From assembly GCA_046290225.1 (NCBI GenBank), contig JBKAGE010000057.1, forward strand, positions 1 to 63,659: DNA of 63,659 bases. The letters are read 5' to 3'. This document shows, piece by piece, positions 50,048 to 60,570 of the stretch. The translations under genes were made by a program, and so were the position numbers. How positions within the stretch are numbered: the first letter of the stretch is position 1; each line of letters begins with the position of its first letter. The notes under the pieces were generated by a model. It saw only the letters and a program-made list of their open reading frames with translations, made no database searches and was not told where the DNA came from. This stretch comes from Bradymonadia bacterium. GTDB lineage: Bacteria > Myxococcota_A > Bradymonadia > UBA7976 > UBA1532.

Positions 50048-52303
50048 ATGAGGTTGCTTCCCCTCTGGCTGTGTTGGCTGTTCATCAGCAGCGCCTGGGC
50101 CCAGACGCCCAAGCGGGTGCTCGTGCTCAACAGCTACCACCCCACCTTCCCCACCAGCTCGGCGCTGCTCGAAGGCATCAGTGAGTCCTTTCACGACGCG
50201 GGGTTCGACCACGACGTGGAGTTTCTCGACTCCAAGATGGACTGGTCCTCGAGCTATCAGGCCATGCATCAGGGGATGCTGGCCTACAAGCTGAAGCGCA
50301 AGCAGCCCTACGACGCAGTCCTCACCACCGATGACAATGCCCTGGCTTTCGCCAGAGCACATCACGAGACATTGTTCTCCGGACTGCCTGTTGTCTTCTG
50401 TGGCATCAACCATCCCTCCACCGCCCTCAACGTCGATCGACGTTGGATGACCGGTGTGGTGGAGCACGTCGATCTTGAGGGCACCCTCGAGATGGCGAGG
50501 GTGCTTCACCCGCAGCTCGAAGAGGTCTTCGTGATTCACGATCAGACCCCGAGCAGCAACGGCAATCTGCAGAGTGTGAGGGCACTCGAACAGGCGGGCA
50601 GCACCCACCTCACCTATCACTACCTCGACAGCAGCACGCTGGGCCTGAGCGAGATCAGCCAGCGGCTCAGCGCCGGTGGATCCACACGTGTGGCGTTGTT
50701 GCTCTCCGCATTTCGGGGGCCTGCGGGGCGCAGCTATACCTTCGACGAAGCCGTGAGAGTGCTCGCGGCGCGCTCGAGGGTGCCCATCTATCATCTGTGG
50801 GCCCATGGCATCGGTGATGGTCTCTTTGGTGGCTATGTGACCTCGTTGAGATCACAGGGGGAGTCGGCGGCGAAGATGGTCGAGCGTGTGCTCTCAGGCA
50901 CACCGACGGCCCACATCCCATTGCAGCTGAGCAATCAGAACCTGCCCATGGTCGATGTGACTCTGGTCTCCGAGTTCGGCATCGACGAGGCTGCATTGCC
51001 CACAGAGACAGTCCGAATCAATGCCCCGCCACCGCTCTCTGCCGAGCACCAGTTGATACTGACTGTCACGTTGATCGGCGCATCGATGTTCTTGTTGGTG
51101 GCGCTGGTGCTGGCCCGAACACTGATGCGTCTCAAGAAAGCCATGAAGCAGCTGGCGAGCCAGGGCCGAGCCATGGAGCAGACCAGCCGGCTCGAGGCGG
51201 TGGGGCGCCTGGCCGGTGGGGTGGCCCACGACTTCAACAACCGGCTCATGGTGATCAATGGCCTGGCAGAGCTGTTGCTGCTCGACTTGCCCGAGGGCGA
51301 CCGGCGTCGGGCAGATGTTCTGGAGATTCAGTCCGCCGGCCGCAAAGCCGCTGAGCTGACCGGCCAGCTGCAGGCCGTAGGGCGTCGTAAGGCTCTCAAT
51401 CCCAAAGTGGTTGATCTCGGCGCCTTGTTACACGAGCAAGCGCGTTTGATGCGCTCTGCTCTTGGCGAGCGGCAGACCCTCGCTGTGGAGCTGACAGACA
51501 GCGATCTCATGGCCGAGGTCGATCCTGCTGCCGTGGCTCAGGCTCTGGTGAGCCTTGTGCTCAATGCCCGTGATGCCGGGGGTGTGGAGGGACACATCAC
51601 CCTGGCAGCCCGCAAGGTGGTTCTTGGCACTGAGAAAAGTGCGGCGCTTGTTGTCGAGCCTGGGCGTTGGGTGCAGCTCTCGGTATACGATCAGGGCCCA
51701 GGCGTGCACGAAGACATTCAAGCGCGCATCCTGGATCCTTTCTTCACCACTCGTGGCGCCGAAGGTCACACCGGGCTCGGCCTGTCTACGGCCTGGGGCA
51801 TCGTTCAGCAGAGCGGCGGCGCGCTGGAGCTGACTCATACCGGGCCTCAGGGCAGCGTCTTCTCGATCTATTTGCCTGCTTGCCCTGTGGCTGAGGGCGT
51901 ATCCGGCGAGCCAGAGCACGATCGCTCTGGAGGACTCGACATCTGGCTCGTCGATGACGAGCCGCTCGTTCGGGCATCGGTGGAGCGTTTGTTGGCCCGA
52001 TGTGGGCATCGAGTGCAGGCCTTTGAAGACGGGCATGCCGTGCTCGCTGCCCTCGAACATGGCCAGCCCGATGTCTTGATCAGTGATGTGTCCATGCCTC
52101 ACATGGATGGCCCCACCCTCGTCGCTCAGGTGTCTCAGCGCGCGCCTTCTGTGAGGTTGCTGTTCATTTCAGGGCATGCTCATGAATATGTGCCATCTGG
52201 CCGAATGAAAGATGTGAGCGTACTGGCCAAGCCCTTCACACTCGAGGCACTGAACGAAGCCCTCGATGCTCTGGGGTCCAGAGACCTCATCGGGGAGAGT
52301 TGA
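50048..52303 (+). CDS. Hybrid sensor histidine kinase with a periplasmic substrate-binding-like domain and a C-terminal receiver
   Basis: LAGGVAHDFNN H-box, DPFFTT..GLGLS and LVDDE...DVSMP...KP receiver motifs. Confidence 0.92.
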   Translation: MRLLPLWLCWLFISSAWAQTPKRVLVLNSYHPTFPTSSALLEGISESFHDAGFDHDVEFLDSKMDWSSSYQAMHQGMLAYKLKRKQPYDAVLTTDDNALAFARAHHETLFSGLPVVFCGINHPSTALNVDRRWMTGVVEHVDLEGTLEMARVLHPQLEEVFVIHDQTPSSNGNLQSVRALEQAGSTHLTYHYLDSSTLGLSEISQRLSAGGSTRVALLLSAFRGPAGRSYTFDEAVRVLAARSRVPIYHLWAHGIGDGLFGGYVTSLRSQGESAAKMVERVLSGTPTAHIPLQLSNQNLPMVDVTLVSEFGIDEAALPTETVRINAPPPLSAEHQLILTVTLIGASMFLLVALVLARTLMRLKKAMKQLASQGRAMEQTSRLEAVGRLAGGVAHDFNNRLMVINGLAELLLLDLPEGDRRRADVLEIQSAGRKAAELTGQLQAVGRRKALNPKVVDLGALLHEQARLMRSALGERQTLAVELTDSDLMAEVDPAAVAQALVSLVLNARDAGGVEGHITLAARKVVLGTEKSAALVVEPGRWVQLSVYDQGPGVHEDIQARILDPFFTTRGAEGHTGLGLSTAWGIVQQSGGALELTHTGPQGSVFSIYLPACPVAEGVSGEPEHDRSGGLDIWLVDDEPLVRASVERLLARCGHRVQAFEDGHAVLAALEHGQPDVLISDVSMPHMDGPTLVAQVSQRAPSVRLLFISGHAHEYVPSGRMKDVSVLAKPFTLEALNEALDALGSRDLIGES

Positions 52304-52454
52304 CCCCTCGAACCTGAGGTCGAGATCATATGTAGGCTCATGTGGTTTGGTTGAGGGAGGCCTGATAAGTACAACAGGCTGAATAAAATAAACTCAAATA
52401 TCCCGGATGGTTGCCGTGCTTTCTCGCCTCATGGCTCAATGGCGCTTCGAAAGC

Positions 52455-52470
52455 TGGCCCGGGGGTTGCT
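52455..52470 (+). promoter_or_regulatory. Sigma54 -24/-12 promoter upstream of flp
   Basis: TGGCCC-GGGGG-TTGCT has the exact consensus spacing. An AT-rich tract lies at about 52380-52400. Confidence 0.65.
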
Positions 52471-52520
52471 AAACTCTGTGTCCGCGGGATGAGCCCGCTC
52501 ATACGCATAGGAGAAATGAC

Positions 52521-52691
52521 ATGCGCAACGTACTCAACCGGCTCCGTCACGAGGAAGATGCTGCCACTGCTGTGGAGTACGCCATCATCTCTGCCATCGT
52601 CGGTGTGGCCCTCATCGGGGTGCTCATCGCGTTCCGGCAGAGCATCGCCGACATGCTGGGTCGCGCTTCGGACGCCATCAACCGCTCCTGA
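52521..52691 (+). CDS. flp: Flp family (Tad) pilin, 56 aa; not in the ORF track
   Basis: Translates to MRNVLNRLRHEEDAATAVEYAIISAIVGVALIGVLIAFRQSIADMLGRASDAINRS. AGGAGA RBS; immediately precedes the prepilin peptidase. Confidence 0.92.
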   Translation: MRNVLNRLRHEEDAATAVEYAIISAIVGVALIGVLIAFRQSIADMLGRASDAINRS

Positions 52692-52700
52692 TCAAGGCGT

Positions 52701-53237
52701 TTGCCGCCCTTGGCTGCTGGCCCTGCGGGGCTCACAGGTGATCTGATCTTTGGCCCCCTGCTCGGGGTGGCCCTGATCACTGCTGCCATTTGGGACGTCA
52801 CGCGTCGAAAGGTGCCCAACACCCTCAACCTGGGGGTGTGGTGTCTCGGCGTCGTGTACCAGCTGGTGCGCTGGGGCTTCGAAGGGCTGCTCGATGGTGC
52901 TCTGGGCACCGCTCTGGGCTTTGCCCTGGTGATCATTCCCTTTGCCCTCAGACTGCACCGTGGCGGTGATGCCAAGCTGATCATGGCCCTGGGCATGTGG
53001 CTCGGACCACTCGGCATTTTCTGGACCTATCTCTGGGGGATCGCCGTGGGTGGCCTCGTGGCGGTGGTCTTGCTGATGGTCTCAGGGCCTGAGTTGAGAG
53101 CGCGGGTGATGCGCCACCTGGGTCTCTCGGCCAAGACGCTCACTTTGCCCCATGTGGAGCCTGAACGAGATGCGAGACAACATGTGCCCATGGCCCTCGC
53201 CTTCGCCGCGGGCGCGGTTCTGGCGATCATCGTCTAA
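52701..53237 (+). CDS. cpaA: Prepilin peptidase (A24) CpaA/TadV
   Basis: WDVTRRKVPN, GGDAKL and VPMALAF motifs. Confidence 0.88.
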   Translation: MPPLAAGPAGLTGDLIFGPLLGVALITAAIWDVTRRKVPNTLNLGVWCLGVVYQLVRWGFEGLLDGALGTALGFALVIIPFALRLHRGGDAKLIMALGMWLGPLGIFWTYLWGIAVGGLVAVVLLMVSGPELRARVMRHLGLSAKTLTLPHVEPERDARQHVPMALAFAAGAVLAIIV

Positions 53238-53244
53238 GCCCGGT

Positions 53245-53679
53245 GTGACGCCATCGAACACCCGTCGGCGCCCTCGAGGGGCCATCACTGTCGAGTTCGT
53301 GCTGTCACTGCTCGTCCTCATGTTCATCTTGATCGGCGGGCTCACCTTCGCCCACGCCATGTTGGTGCGTTACCAGCTGAGCAACGCCGCTTTCTCTGCC
53401 GCCCGTGCCTGCGCTGCCGCAGGTCAGGCCAACGATGCCTGTGTGCGGGCGTCGGTGGAGGCCACGCTCGGTCGGTACGCCGAGTTCTGTGATCCGCTCA
53501 ATCCGCAGCTAGCCCTCCGAGAGCTCGGCGGCGGCATCAACGGCCTCGAGGTCGTGGTGGAGTGCGGGTACACCCGGTTCCCCGGCGCCGAGCTGCTCCG
53601 GCGAGATGCCGCCGTGGCCGGTGTGGGCGATCCCGGTGCCCTGGTCTTGCGCGGGCGCTCGGTCATACCTGTGGAGTGA
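53245..53679 (+). CDS. tadE: TadE-like pseudopilin
   Basis: RGAITVEFVL hydrophobic helix followed by AA..AAR. Confidence 0.8.
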   Translation: MTPSNTRRRPRGAITVEFVLSLLVLMFILIGGLTFAHAMLVRYQLSNAAFSAARACAAAGQANDACVRASVEATLGRYAEFCDPLNPQLALRELGGGINGLEVVVECGYTRFPGAELLRRDAAVAGVGDPGALVLRGRSVIPVE

Positions 53680-53821
53680 GTCATCGCGATTCAAGGTCAA
53701 GGCCATGAATTGAAGGTGGTTCTTCGACCCGTACCATGATTGAATCGGAGCGCCGGATTCGAGGGGTTCACGCTCGTCGAGAGCGCCCGAATCGGGTTCT
53801 GACGTGTAGCGAGGTACGTGC

Positions 53822-54772
53822 ATGAGCGCGCGAAAAGGTGGGCGAGCATCGAAAGCAGGAGCCCTCGGGTTCACCCTGCTGGCGCTGATCCTCACCATAT
53901 TGACCATGATTCTGGGCTCGAGGTTTCTCTCAAGCACCCAATATGCAAACGAGCCTGTGATCGAGGTGGTGGTGGCGGCGAAGAACCTGCCCGCCTCCGT
54001 GGCCATCATGGAAGACCACATCACAGTGGTGAAGTGGCCCAAGTCCACGGTGCCCGAAGGGGCCTTCACCAAAGTGGCCGACTTCCTGGGCCCCGAGCCT
54101 CGGGTCCCGGTGAGCACCATCTTCGCCGGTGAGCCCGTGCTCCCTGCCCGCCTGGCTTCGTCGAAGTCCGGTACAGGCATGGCTTCGCTGGTGCCCCAGA
54201 CCATGCGTGGGTTCCCGGTGCCCGTCGACTCCTGGATCGCCGACGCGCGGCTGGTGTACCCCGGCGCCTACGTCGACGTGCTCGCCACCCTGCGCGACGC
54301 CCTGACCCGAAAGCCTACGACCAAGCTGGTGCTGCAGAACGTGCGCGTGCTCGCTGTCGACGGGTTCCTCGATCCGGCGCTGAGAGACGAAGAGAAGAAG
54401 CGGGACGGCAACAAGGCCGTGGTCACCCTGCTGGTGACGCCGGAGCAGGCGGAGACCCTCGCGTTGTCCTCCCGTGAGGGCAAGGTCGACCTGATGCTGC
54501 GCAACGCCAACGACGACTCCATGGTGGATACGCTGGGCATCGATCCGAACGAGCTGCTCGGGGTGCCCGACGAAGAAGAAGAGCAGGTGGCCACGGCCCC
54601 GCCGGCGGCCAGCGATCCGCCGCCTCGCCGGCGTCGTCGACGTCGTCGTGGCAGTCGGGTGCGCAACGTGCCCACCAGCCCCGGAGAGGCCGAAGCCATC
54701 CGCCGTGGCGCCCAACCCCCCCGTGGCGGCGGCAACAGCCGCGTCAAGACCGTCGAGCTTGGAGCCCCTTGA
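53822..54772 (+). CDS. cpaB: Flp pilus assembly protein CpaB/RcpC
   Basis: SAF domain (VVVAAKNLP), PGAYVDVL, VLQNVRVLAVD and VTLLVTPEQA motifs. Confidence 0.92.
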   Translation: MSARKGGRASKAGALGFTLLALILTILTMILGSRFLSSTQYANEPVIEVVVAAKNLPASVAIMEDHITVVKWPKSTVPEGAFTKVADFLGPEPRVPVSTIFAGEPVLPARLASSKSGTGMASLVPQTMRGFPVPVDSWIADARLVYPGAYVDVLATLRDALTRKPTTKLVLQNVRVLAVDGFLDPALRDEEKKRDGNKAVVTLLVTPEQAETLALSSREGKVDLMLRNANDDSMVDTLGIDPNELLGVPDEEEEQVATAPPAASDPPPRRRRRRRRGSRVRNVPTSPGEAEAIRRGAQPPRGGGNSRVKTVELGAP

Positions 54773-56358
54773 TGAGGATGTCTTTCGGCATGATCACCCT
54801 TCGCCAGATCGTGCCTGCTGTGATCGCTTGCGGTGCCTGTCTGGGCCTCACCCTCGGCACCGCCTTGGGGCAGATGCCCGCCGCTGAAGAGCGTATGGAT
54901 CGCGACATCGTCGAGGTGGCCCTCGGCGGCTCGACTGTGCTCCGCGTCACGGGACAGGTCTCGAAGGCCACGCTCACTGATCCGCAGGTGGCCGATGTGT
55001 CCTCTGTGGGCGGCAAGCTGCTGGTCATCGGTCGCAAGGTCGGTGAGACCAACCTCATCATGATCGGGCAGAACCGCCGCACCAGCACTTTGCTGGTGAA
55101 GGTCACCCTGCCGGCCCGGGCGATCCAGAGCGAGATGTCGCGCATGTTCCCCGGCGAGGACATCGATGTTCGCGCCGTGGGTGGCTCGCTGGTGCTCCTG
55201 GGCACCGTGAGCGGCAGCCCGGTTGTCACCCAGGCAGAAGAGGTGGCCTTGGGCTACCTGCGCAGCCCCTCCATCGCTGGCCTCGGTGTGCGCCCGCATG
55301 TGATCAACCTGCTCAAGGTGCGTGGTCGCCAGCAGGTGCTGCTCGAGGTGAAGTTCGCCGAGGTGAGCCGCCGCTCTCTCCGCGAGGTGGGGGCCAACCT
55401 GATCGCCGCCCGTGACAACGGCCGCGTGGCGGGCGCCTTCGGCCGCCAGGCCACCTTCGAGTCCGACTTCAGCAGAAACCGCCAGATCAGCGGCGCACCG
55501 ACCCCTCTCAACGGCGGGGTCACCGGCGCCACTGCGGGCACGATCACCACCCCCTTCCCGGCGAGCGTGAACCCCAACGCCCCTGGCGGCGCCACCCCGC
55601 CGTATCAGGGCTTCCTGACCCCCACGGGGGGCACCATTGGCGCCCTGTTCCTCGGCAGCCCTGATGGCGTGTTCCCCTTCGCCGCCACCCTCAACGTGCT
55701 GGCGAGTCGCAGCTTGTCCCGTACGCTGGCCGAGCCGACGCTCATCGCCCTGAGCGGCCAGCCTGCGTCGTTCCTCGCCGGTGGTGAGGTGCCCTTCGTC
55801 ACCGCCTCGTTCCAGGGGTCCAACGTCGACTTCAAGCCCTTCGGCATCGAGCTGCAGTTCACCCCCACGGTGCTCGACGATCAGACGATCCAGCTCAAGG
55901 CCCATGCCTCGGTGAGCGCGCCGGATCCTACGGTGTCGGTGGTGCTCAACAACCAGGCCACTCAGGGGTTCAGGCGTCGCGAGGCCCAGACGGTGATCCG
56001 TCTGCGTGATGGCCAGAGCTTCGCCATCGCTGGCCTGCTCAGCGACGAGATGGAGAACCTCATCGAGAAGGTGCCCGGCCTCGGCGACATTCCGATCCTG
56101 GGCATCTTGTTCAGCTCCAAGAGCTTCAGCCGTCGCGAGACCGAGCTGATGGTGGTGGTCACCGCCCGCCTCGTGGAGCCCCTCGACGAAGAAGAGGTGC
56201 CCCCGCTGCCCGGTGAGCGCCGTTTTGTCGATCCCACCGATCTCGAGCTGTTCCTGCTCAACCTCGAGCCCACCGTCGATCTCGACGAGGGCACGCGGGT
56301 TCGGGCGCGGCCTCGGGTCCGTCGCCGACCCTCGGGTCATGTCGGGTTCTGGCGGTGA
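54769..56358 (+). CDS. cpaC: Tad secretin CpaC/RcpA
   Basis: QVLLEVKFAEVSR, LAEPTLIALSGQPASFLAGGEVP and KVPGLGDIPILGILF motifs. Confidence 0.92.
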   Translation: MMRMSFGMITLRQIVPAVIACGACLGLTLGTALGQMPAAEERMDRDIVEVALGGSTVLRVTGQVSKATLTDPQVADVSSVGGKLLVIGRKVGETNLIMIGQNRRTSTLLVKVTLPARAIQSEMSRMFPGEDIDVRAVGGSLVLLGTVSGSPVVTQAEEVALGYLRSPSIAGLGVRPHVINLLKVRGRQQVLLEVKFAEVSRRSLREVGANLIAARDNGRVAGAFGRQATFESDFSRNRQISGAPTPLNGGVTGATAGTITTPFPASVNPNAPGGATPPYQGFLTPTGGTIGALFLGSPDGVFPFAATLNVLASRSLSRTLAEPTLIALSGQPASFLAGGEVPFVTASFQGSNVDFKPFGIELQFTPTVLDDQTIQLKAHASVSAPDPTVSVVLNNQATQGFRRREAQTVIRLRDGQSFAIAGLLSDEMENLIEKVPGLGDIPILGILFSSKSFSRRETELMVVVTARLVEPLDEEEVPPLPGERRFVDPTDLELFLLNLEPTVDLDEGTRVRARPRVRRRPSGHVGFWR

Positions 56359-57416
56359 AGAAACCTCCCTTCATTCGGGCCTCCTCTCGAGGGGGCTTCG
56401 TGGATCCACGCGAATCCACGATGATCACCCGGCTGGACGATCCTGCGCTCCACGAGAAGCGCCGGCAGGTGCCCCCTGCACCCCCGGCACCTGATCCCGA
56501 GCAGCCTCCACCGGGTCACGGCACCGACGTGGTGCAGCTCGACGGCATCGACGAGATCCACACCTCTGCCGATCAGTTCCCAGATGGGGCCATCGCCGGT
56601 GTGCCCGATGCCGAGGCCCCAGCGCCGATCCGATCAGCGTCGAAGATGCTGGCCTTCTTCGCCCCCAAGGGTGGGGTCGGGGCCACCACCCTGGCGGTGA
56701 ACGTCGGCGGCACGTTGGCCCGTATGAAGCGCACCGCCGCCATCGTCGACATGGATCTTCAGCTCGGCTCGGTGCCCATCACCCTCAATGTGAACCTCGA
56801 GCGCAGCATCGCCGAGCTGATGACCGAGGCGGAGCACAGCAGGGGCGGGCAGTTCACTTCGGCCCTCGATCGACACAGCAGCGGCCTGCTCGTGGCCAGC
56901 CAGGGTGATCGCATCGAAGAGCTCGGGCAGATCACCAGCGATCGGCTGCCGCTGTTCTATGAGTCCATGAACGCCACGGTGCGGACCGTGATGGTCGACG
57001 GGCTACGAGACTTCAGTGATCACGCCGTCGCGGTCATGGATATGGCCCACAGCGTGGTGATGGTGCTCACCCAGGACGTACCCGCCGTACGGGCGGCAGC
57101 GCGGGCTTTGCGGGTGTTCAAGCGCCTCGGTTATCCACGAGATCGCATCAAACTGGTTCTGAATCGGTATCATAAGAAAGCGCCTATCCCGGTAGAGGCC
57201 ATCGAGAACGCCCTCGCCCGACCCATCGACGCCAAGGTGGTCAATGACTTCCCCCTGGTGGAGATGGCGGTGAACGAGGGCATGTTGCTCTCAGATCTCA
57301 AGCCCGGGGCGCGCATCGCCGGTGACATCGAGCGGCTCACCCACATCTTGATGGGGATGCCTGTGCAAGAGTCCGCCGGCGGCGGTTTCTTTGCCCGGCT
57401 CTTCAGAAAGGGGTGA
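56355..57416 (+). CDS. cpaE: CpaE/TadZ MinD-like ATPase
   Basis: KGGVGATT deviant Walker A, DMDLQLG and a C-terminal amphipathic GFFARLFRKG. Confidence 0.85.
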   Translation: MKKPPFIRASSRGGFVDPRESTMITRLDDPALHEKRRQVPPAPPAPDPEQPPPGHGTDVVQLDGIDEIHTSADQFPDGAIAGVPDAEAPAPIRSASKMLAFFAPKGGVGATTLAVNVGGTLARMKRTAAIVDMDLQLGSVPITLNVNLERSIAELMTEAEHSRGGQFTSALDRHSSGLLVASQGDRIEELGQITSDRLPLFYESMNATVRTVMVDGLRDFSDHAVAVMDMAHSVVMVLTQDVPAVRAAARALRVFKRLGYPRDRIKLVLNRYHKKAPIPVEAIENALARPIDAKVVNDFPLVEMAVNEGMLLSDLKPGARIAGDIERLTHILMGMPVQESAGGGFFARLFRKG

Positions 57417-57419
57417 TCG

Positions 57420-58730
57420 ATGTCCAACATGCGCATCGTCGACCGGCTCACCACCAACCAGGAGTCTGCAGGCCCTCGGACCACCGCGGGCCGTAATCTC
57501 GACGAGATCCGAGGGCGGCTGCATCAACAGGTCATCGATCGCCTCGATCTGACCGCCGTGGCCAACCTGCCCCGAGAGCAGCTCCGTGGTCGCCTGCGCG
57601 ATCTCGTCGAGCGGCTGGTGCAGTCCGAAGGGCTCAACCTGTCGAGCACCGAGCGCGAGGCGGTCATCGTCGGCATCCTCGACGAGATCACCGGCCTCGG
57701 CCCCCTCGAGCCTCTGCTCGCTGATCCGAACGTCAGCGACATCCTGGTGAACGGCCCCGACACCATCTATGTCGAGCGTGGCGGCCGCCTGGAGCAGGTG
57801 GAGACCCGTTTTCGGGACAACGCCCACCTCGCCAACACCATCAGCCGCATCGTCGGTCAGGTGGGCCGTCGCATCGACGAGTCCTCCCCCATGGTGGACG
57901 CCCGTCTCGCCGACGGCAGCCGCGTGAACGCCATCATCCCGCCCCTGGCCCTCGACGGTCCGGCGCTGTCGATCCGGCGTTTCGGGGCCAACCCGCTCAC
58001 CCACCGCGATCTGGTGAACTTCCGGGCGCTGACTCCGGAGATGATGAACTACCTGAAGGCGGCAGTCCGCTCGAAGTGCAACATCCTGATCAGCGGTGGT
58101 ACCGGTGCCGGTAAGACCACGTTGCTCAACGCTTTGAGCAACTTCGTGCCTGCCAGCGAGCGCATCATCACCTTGGAAGACTCTGCAGAGCTGCGCATCC
58201 AACAGGCCCACGTGGTGCGCCTCGAGTCCCGACCCCCGAACATCGAGGGCCGCGGCCAGGTCACCATCGGTGATCTCATGAAGAACGCCTTGCGGATGCG
58301 TCCTGATCGCATCGTCGTCGGTGAGGTCCGTGGGGGCGAGGCCCTCGACATGTTGCAGGCCATGAACACCGGCCACGAAGGCTCCATGGGCACCCTGCAC
58401 GCCAACAACCCTTCTGATGCCCTGCAGCGCCTCATGACCATGATCACCATGAGCGGTGTGAAGCTGGGCCCCGAGGCGCTGACGCAGATCATCGGCCGCA
58501 GCCTGCACGTGATCGTACAGGCGAGCCGTCTGCCCGATGGTCAGCGCAAGATCACCAGCATCACCGAGATCCTCGGGTTTCAGGGTGAAGAGGTGCAGAC
58601 CAACGAGGTGTTCATCTTCGCCCAGACGGGGGTGGACGAGAAGGGCACCATCTACGGTGAGCATCAGTACGTGGCCGAGAGCCAGATGCTCGAGCGGTTC
58701 TACCGGGCGGGGGCGTTGAAGCGTCCATGA
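57420..58730 (+). CDS. cpaF: Tad ATPase CpaF/TadA
   Basis: [33 protein letters not shown] and AMNTGHEGS motifs. Confidence 0.96.
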   Translation: MSNMRIVDRLTTNQESAGPRTTAGRNLDEIRGRLHQQVIDRLDLTAVANLPREQLRGRLRDLVERLVQSEGLNLSSTEREAVIVGILDEITGLGPLEPLLADPNVSDILVNGPDTIYVERGGRLEQVETRFRDNAHLANTISRIVGQVGRRIDESSPMVDARLADGSRVNAIIPPLALDGPALSIRRFGANPLTHRDLVNFRALTPEMMNYLKAAVRSKCNILISGGTGAGKTTLLNALSNFVPASERIITLEDSAELRIQQAHVVRLESRPPNIEGRGQVTIGDLMKNALRMRPDRIVVGEVRGGEALDMLQAMNTGHEGSMGTLHANNPSDALQRLMTMITMSGVKLGPEALTQIIGRSLHVIVQASRLPDGQRKITSITEILGFQGEEVQTNEVFIFAQTGVDEKGTIYGEHQYVAESQMLERFYRAGALKRP

Positions 58731-59674
58731 ACGTTCTGGTGATCATGGCGGGCCTGACTCTGTTCTGCTTGCTGCAGGCGGGATACTGGCTCGTGGTCTG
58801 GCGACGGGGCAGCCGTCGTGTCGCCATCGCCGAGCGCCTCGGCACCCTGCAAACAGAAGATGACGGCGATCAGAGCGGGCTGTTGCGTACAGGCGTCGAC
58901 GACGACACCTTCTTCGATCAGCTCTCGTTCAGCAAAGGCCTCAAAGAGTCTCTGGAGCAGGCCGGCGAAGATGTGAGCCTCACAGCTTTCTTCAGCCGTT
59001 GCATGGCCTTCATGCTCGGCGGCTTCGCCTTCTTCGCGCTCGTCACCGCCAATGTGGCTGCGTCGTTCTTCATGGGGCTCGCCTTCGGTTTTGTGCCCTA
59101 CCTGTTGCTCATGCGGAAGCGCCGTCTGCGCATCGGACGCATCGAGGAGCAGCTGCCCGAGGCCCTGGAGATGATGACCATCTCCCTGCGGGCCGGGCAC
59201 TCCCTGGCTCAGACCATCCGCCTCACCGCAGACGAGCTGCAGCCACCTCTCCAGGAAGAGTTCCGCCGAGTAGCTGAAGAGCAGGCCCTGGGTCGTGGCA
59301 TCGACGAGGCCCTCGTGGCCATGAGCAAGCGCCTGCAAGAGGCCCGCACCATGCGCACCTTCGTGGTCTCGGTCATGGTGCTGCGACAGACCGGTGGTAA
59401 CCTGATCGAGGTGCTTGAGAGCATCATCGACACCATGCGTCAGCAAGGGCAGTACGCCCGCAAGCTCAACGCCATGACCGCCGAGGGTCGCTCGAGCGCC
59501 CGCACTCTGGCCTTGCTGCCTCCGGGCTTCGCCACCATGGCCTACCTCGCCGGCCCCGATTACATCGGCAACCTGATCAACGACAGCCTGGGCCGTACGA
59601 TGCTCATCATCGCCGTGGCCCTCTGGATTCTGGGCGTGACCTGGGTCCGGCGCCTCGTGAAGCCTCGGACGTAA
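58727..59674 (+). CDS. tadB: TadB (T2SSF family)
   Basis: QLPEALE..SLRAGHSL, QTGGNL and TAEGRSSA motifs. Confidence 0.92.
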   Translation: MNVLVIMAGLTLFCLLQAGYWLVVWRRGSRRVAIAERLGTLQTEDDGDQSGLLRTGVDDDTFFDQLSFSKGLKESLEQAGEDVSLTAFFSRCMAFMLGGFAFFALVTANVAASFFMGLAFGFVPYLLLMRKRRLRIGRIEEQLPEALEMMTISLRAGHSLAQTIRLTADELQPPLQEEFRRVAEEQALGRGIDEALVAMSKRLQEARTMRTFVVSVMVLRQTGGNLIEVLESIIDTMRQQGQYARKLNAMTAEGRSSARTLALLPPGFATMAYLAGPDYIGNLINDSLGRTMLIIAVALWILGVTWVRRLVKPRT

Positions 59675-59676
59675 GC

Positions 59677-60570
59677 ATGACCGAGAAGGAAACTCTGATC
59701 ATCGCCGCACTCGCTTCTGCTGTGGGCGCCCTGCTCATGGTGGTGCTCGCCGTACGGGCGTTCCTCGCCAAGCGGGCCATGCGGGTGGAGGATCCACCGG
59801 ACGACACCGTCGATCAGATGGGGCAGCCCGTGCGGTTCGCCTTCCTGGCGCGGCTGGTGAGGCCACAGACCAACGACGAGCTCTCTGATCTACGACAGAT
59901 GTTGGCCCAGGCGGGCATGCGCAACCAGGAGGCCGTCGACCTCTATGGTGTGGCCCGGGTGATGAGCTTTTTGTTCGGCCTCGCCCTCTTCGCCCTCGTG
60001 GGCTGGGCTACGGCCTTCGATCCGTTCTCGCTCATCTTCGGCAGCATGAGCATGGGCCTCGGGTACTACGGCCCGGTGTTGTGGCTGCGGGGCCGAACCG
60101 CCGCCCGACAAGAGGCCATCTCCGAGCAGCTGCCCCCCACCCTCGACTTGCTGGTCACGTGCATGGAGGCGGGCCTTGGCCTCGAGCAGGCCCTCACCCG
60201 CGTGGCCAACGAGATCGGGTTCAGCGATCCCGAGATGGCCGACGAGCTGTCCGTGGTGGTGGCCGAGCTGAAAGCTGGCTTGAGCGTCGGCGAGGCGTTC
60301 CGCAAGCTCGCAGAGCGCGTCACCGCCGATGAGGTGCGCAACCTCTCAGGTGTGATCATCCAGTCGGCGAGCCTTGGCGCGTCTCTGGGCCGCACGTTGC
60401 GCGAGTACGCGGCCAGCGCCCGTCGTCGCCGTATGCTGGCCCTGGAAGAGCTGGCCGGTAAGGTCACCGCCCGCCTCACCCTGCCTCTGACCATGTGCCT
60501 GCTGCCCTCGGCGGTCATCGCCATGTTGGGCCCTGCGGTGGTCATCGTCTTCAACACCTTGTTCGAGTGA
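59677..60570 (+). CDS. tadC: TadC (T2SSF family)
   Basis: LPPTLDLLVTCMEAGLGLEQAL and IQSASLGASL motifs. Confidence 0.92.
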   Translation: MTEKETLIIAALASAVGALLMVVLAVRAFLAKRAMRVEDPPDDTVDQMGQPVRFAFLARLVRPQTNDELSDLRQMLAQAGMRNQEAVDLYGVARVMSFLFGLALFALVGWATAFDPFSLIFGSMSMGLGYYGPVLWLRGRTAARQEAISEQLPPTLDLLVTCMEAGLGLEQALTRVANEIGFSDPEMADELSVVVAELKAGLSVGEAFRKLAERVTADEVRNLSGVIIQSASLGASLGRTLREYAASARRRRMLALEELAGKVTARLTLPLTMCLLPSAVIAMLGPAVVIVFNTLFE

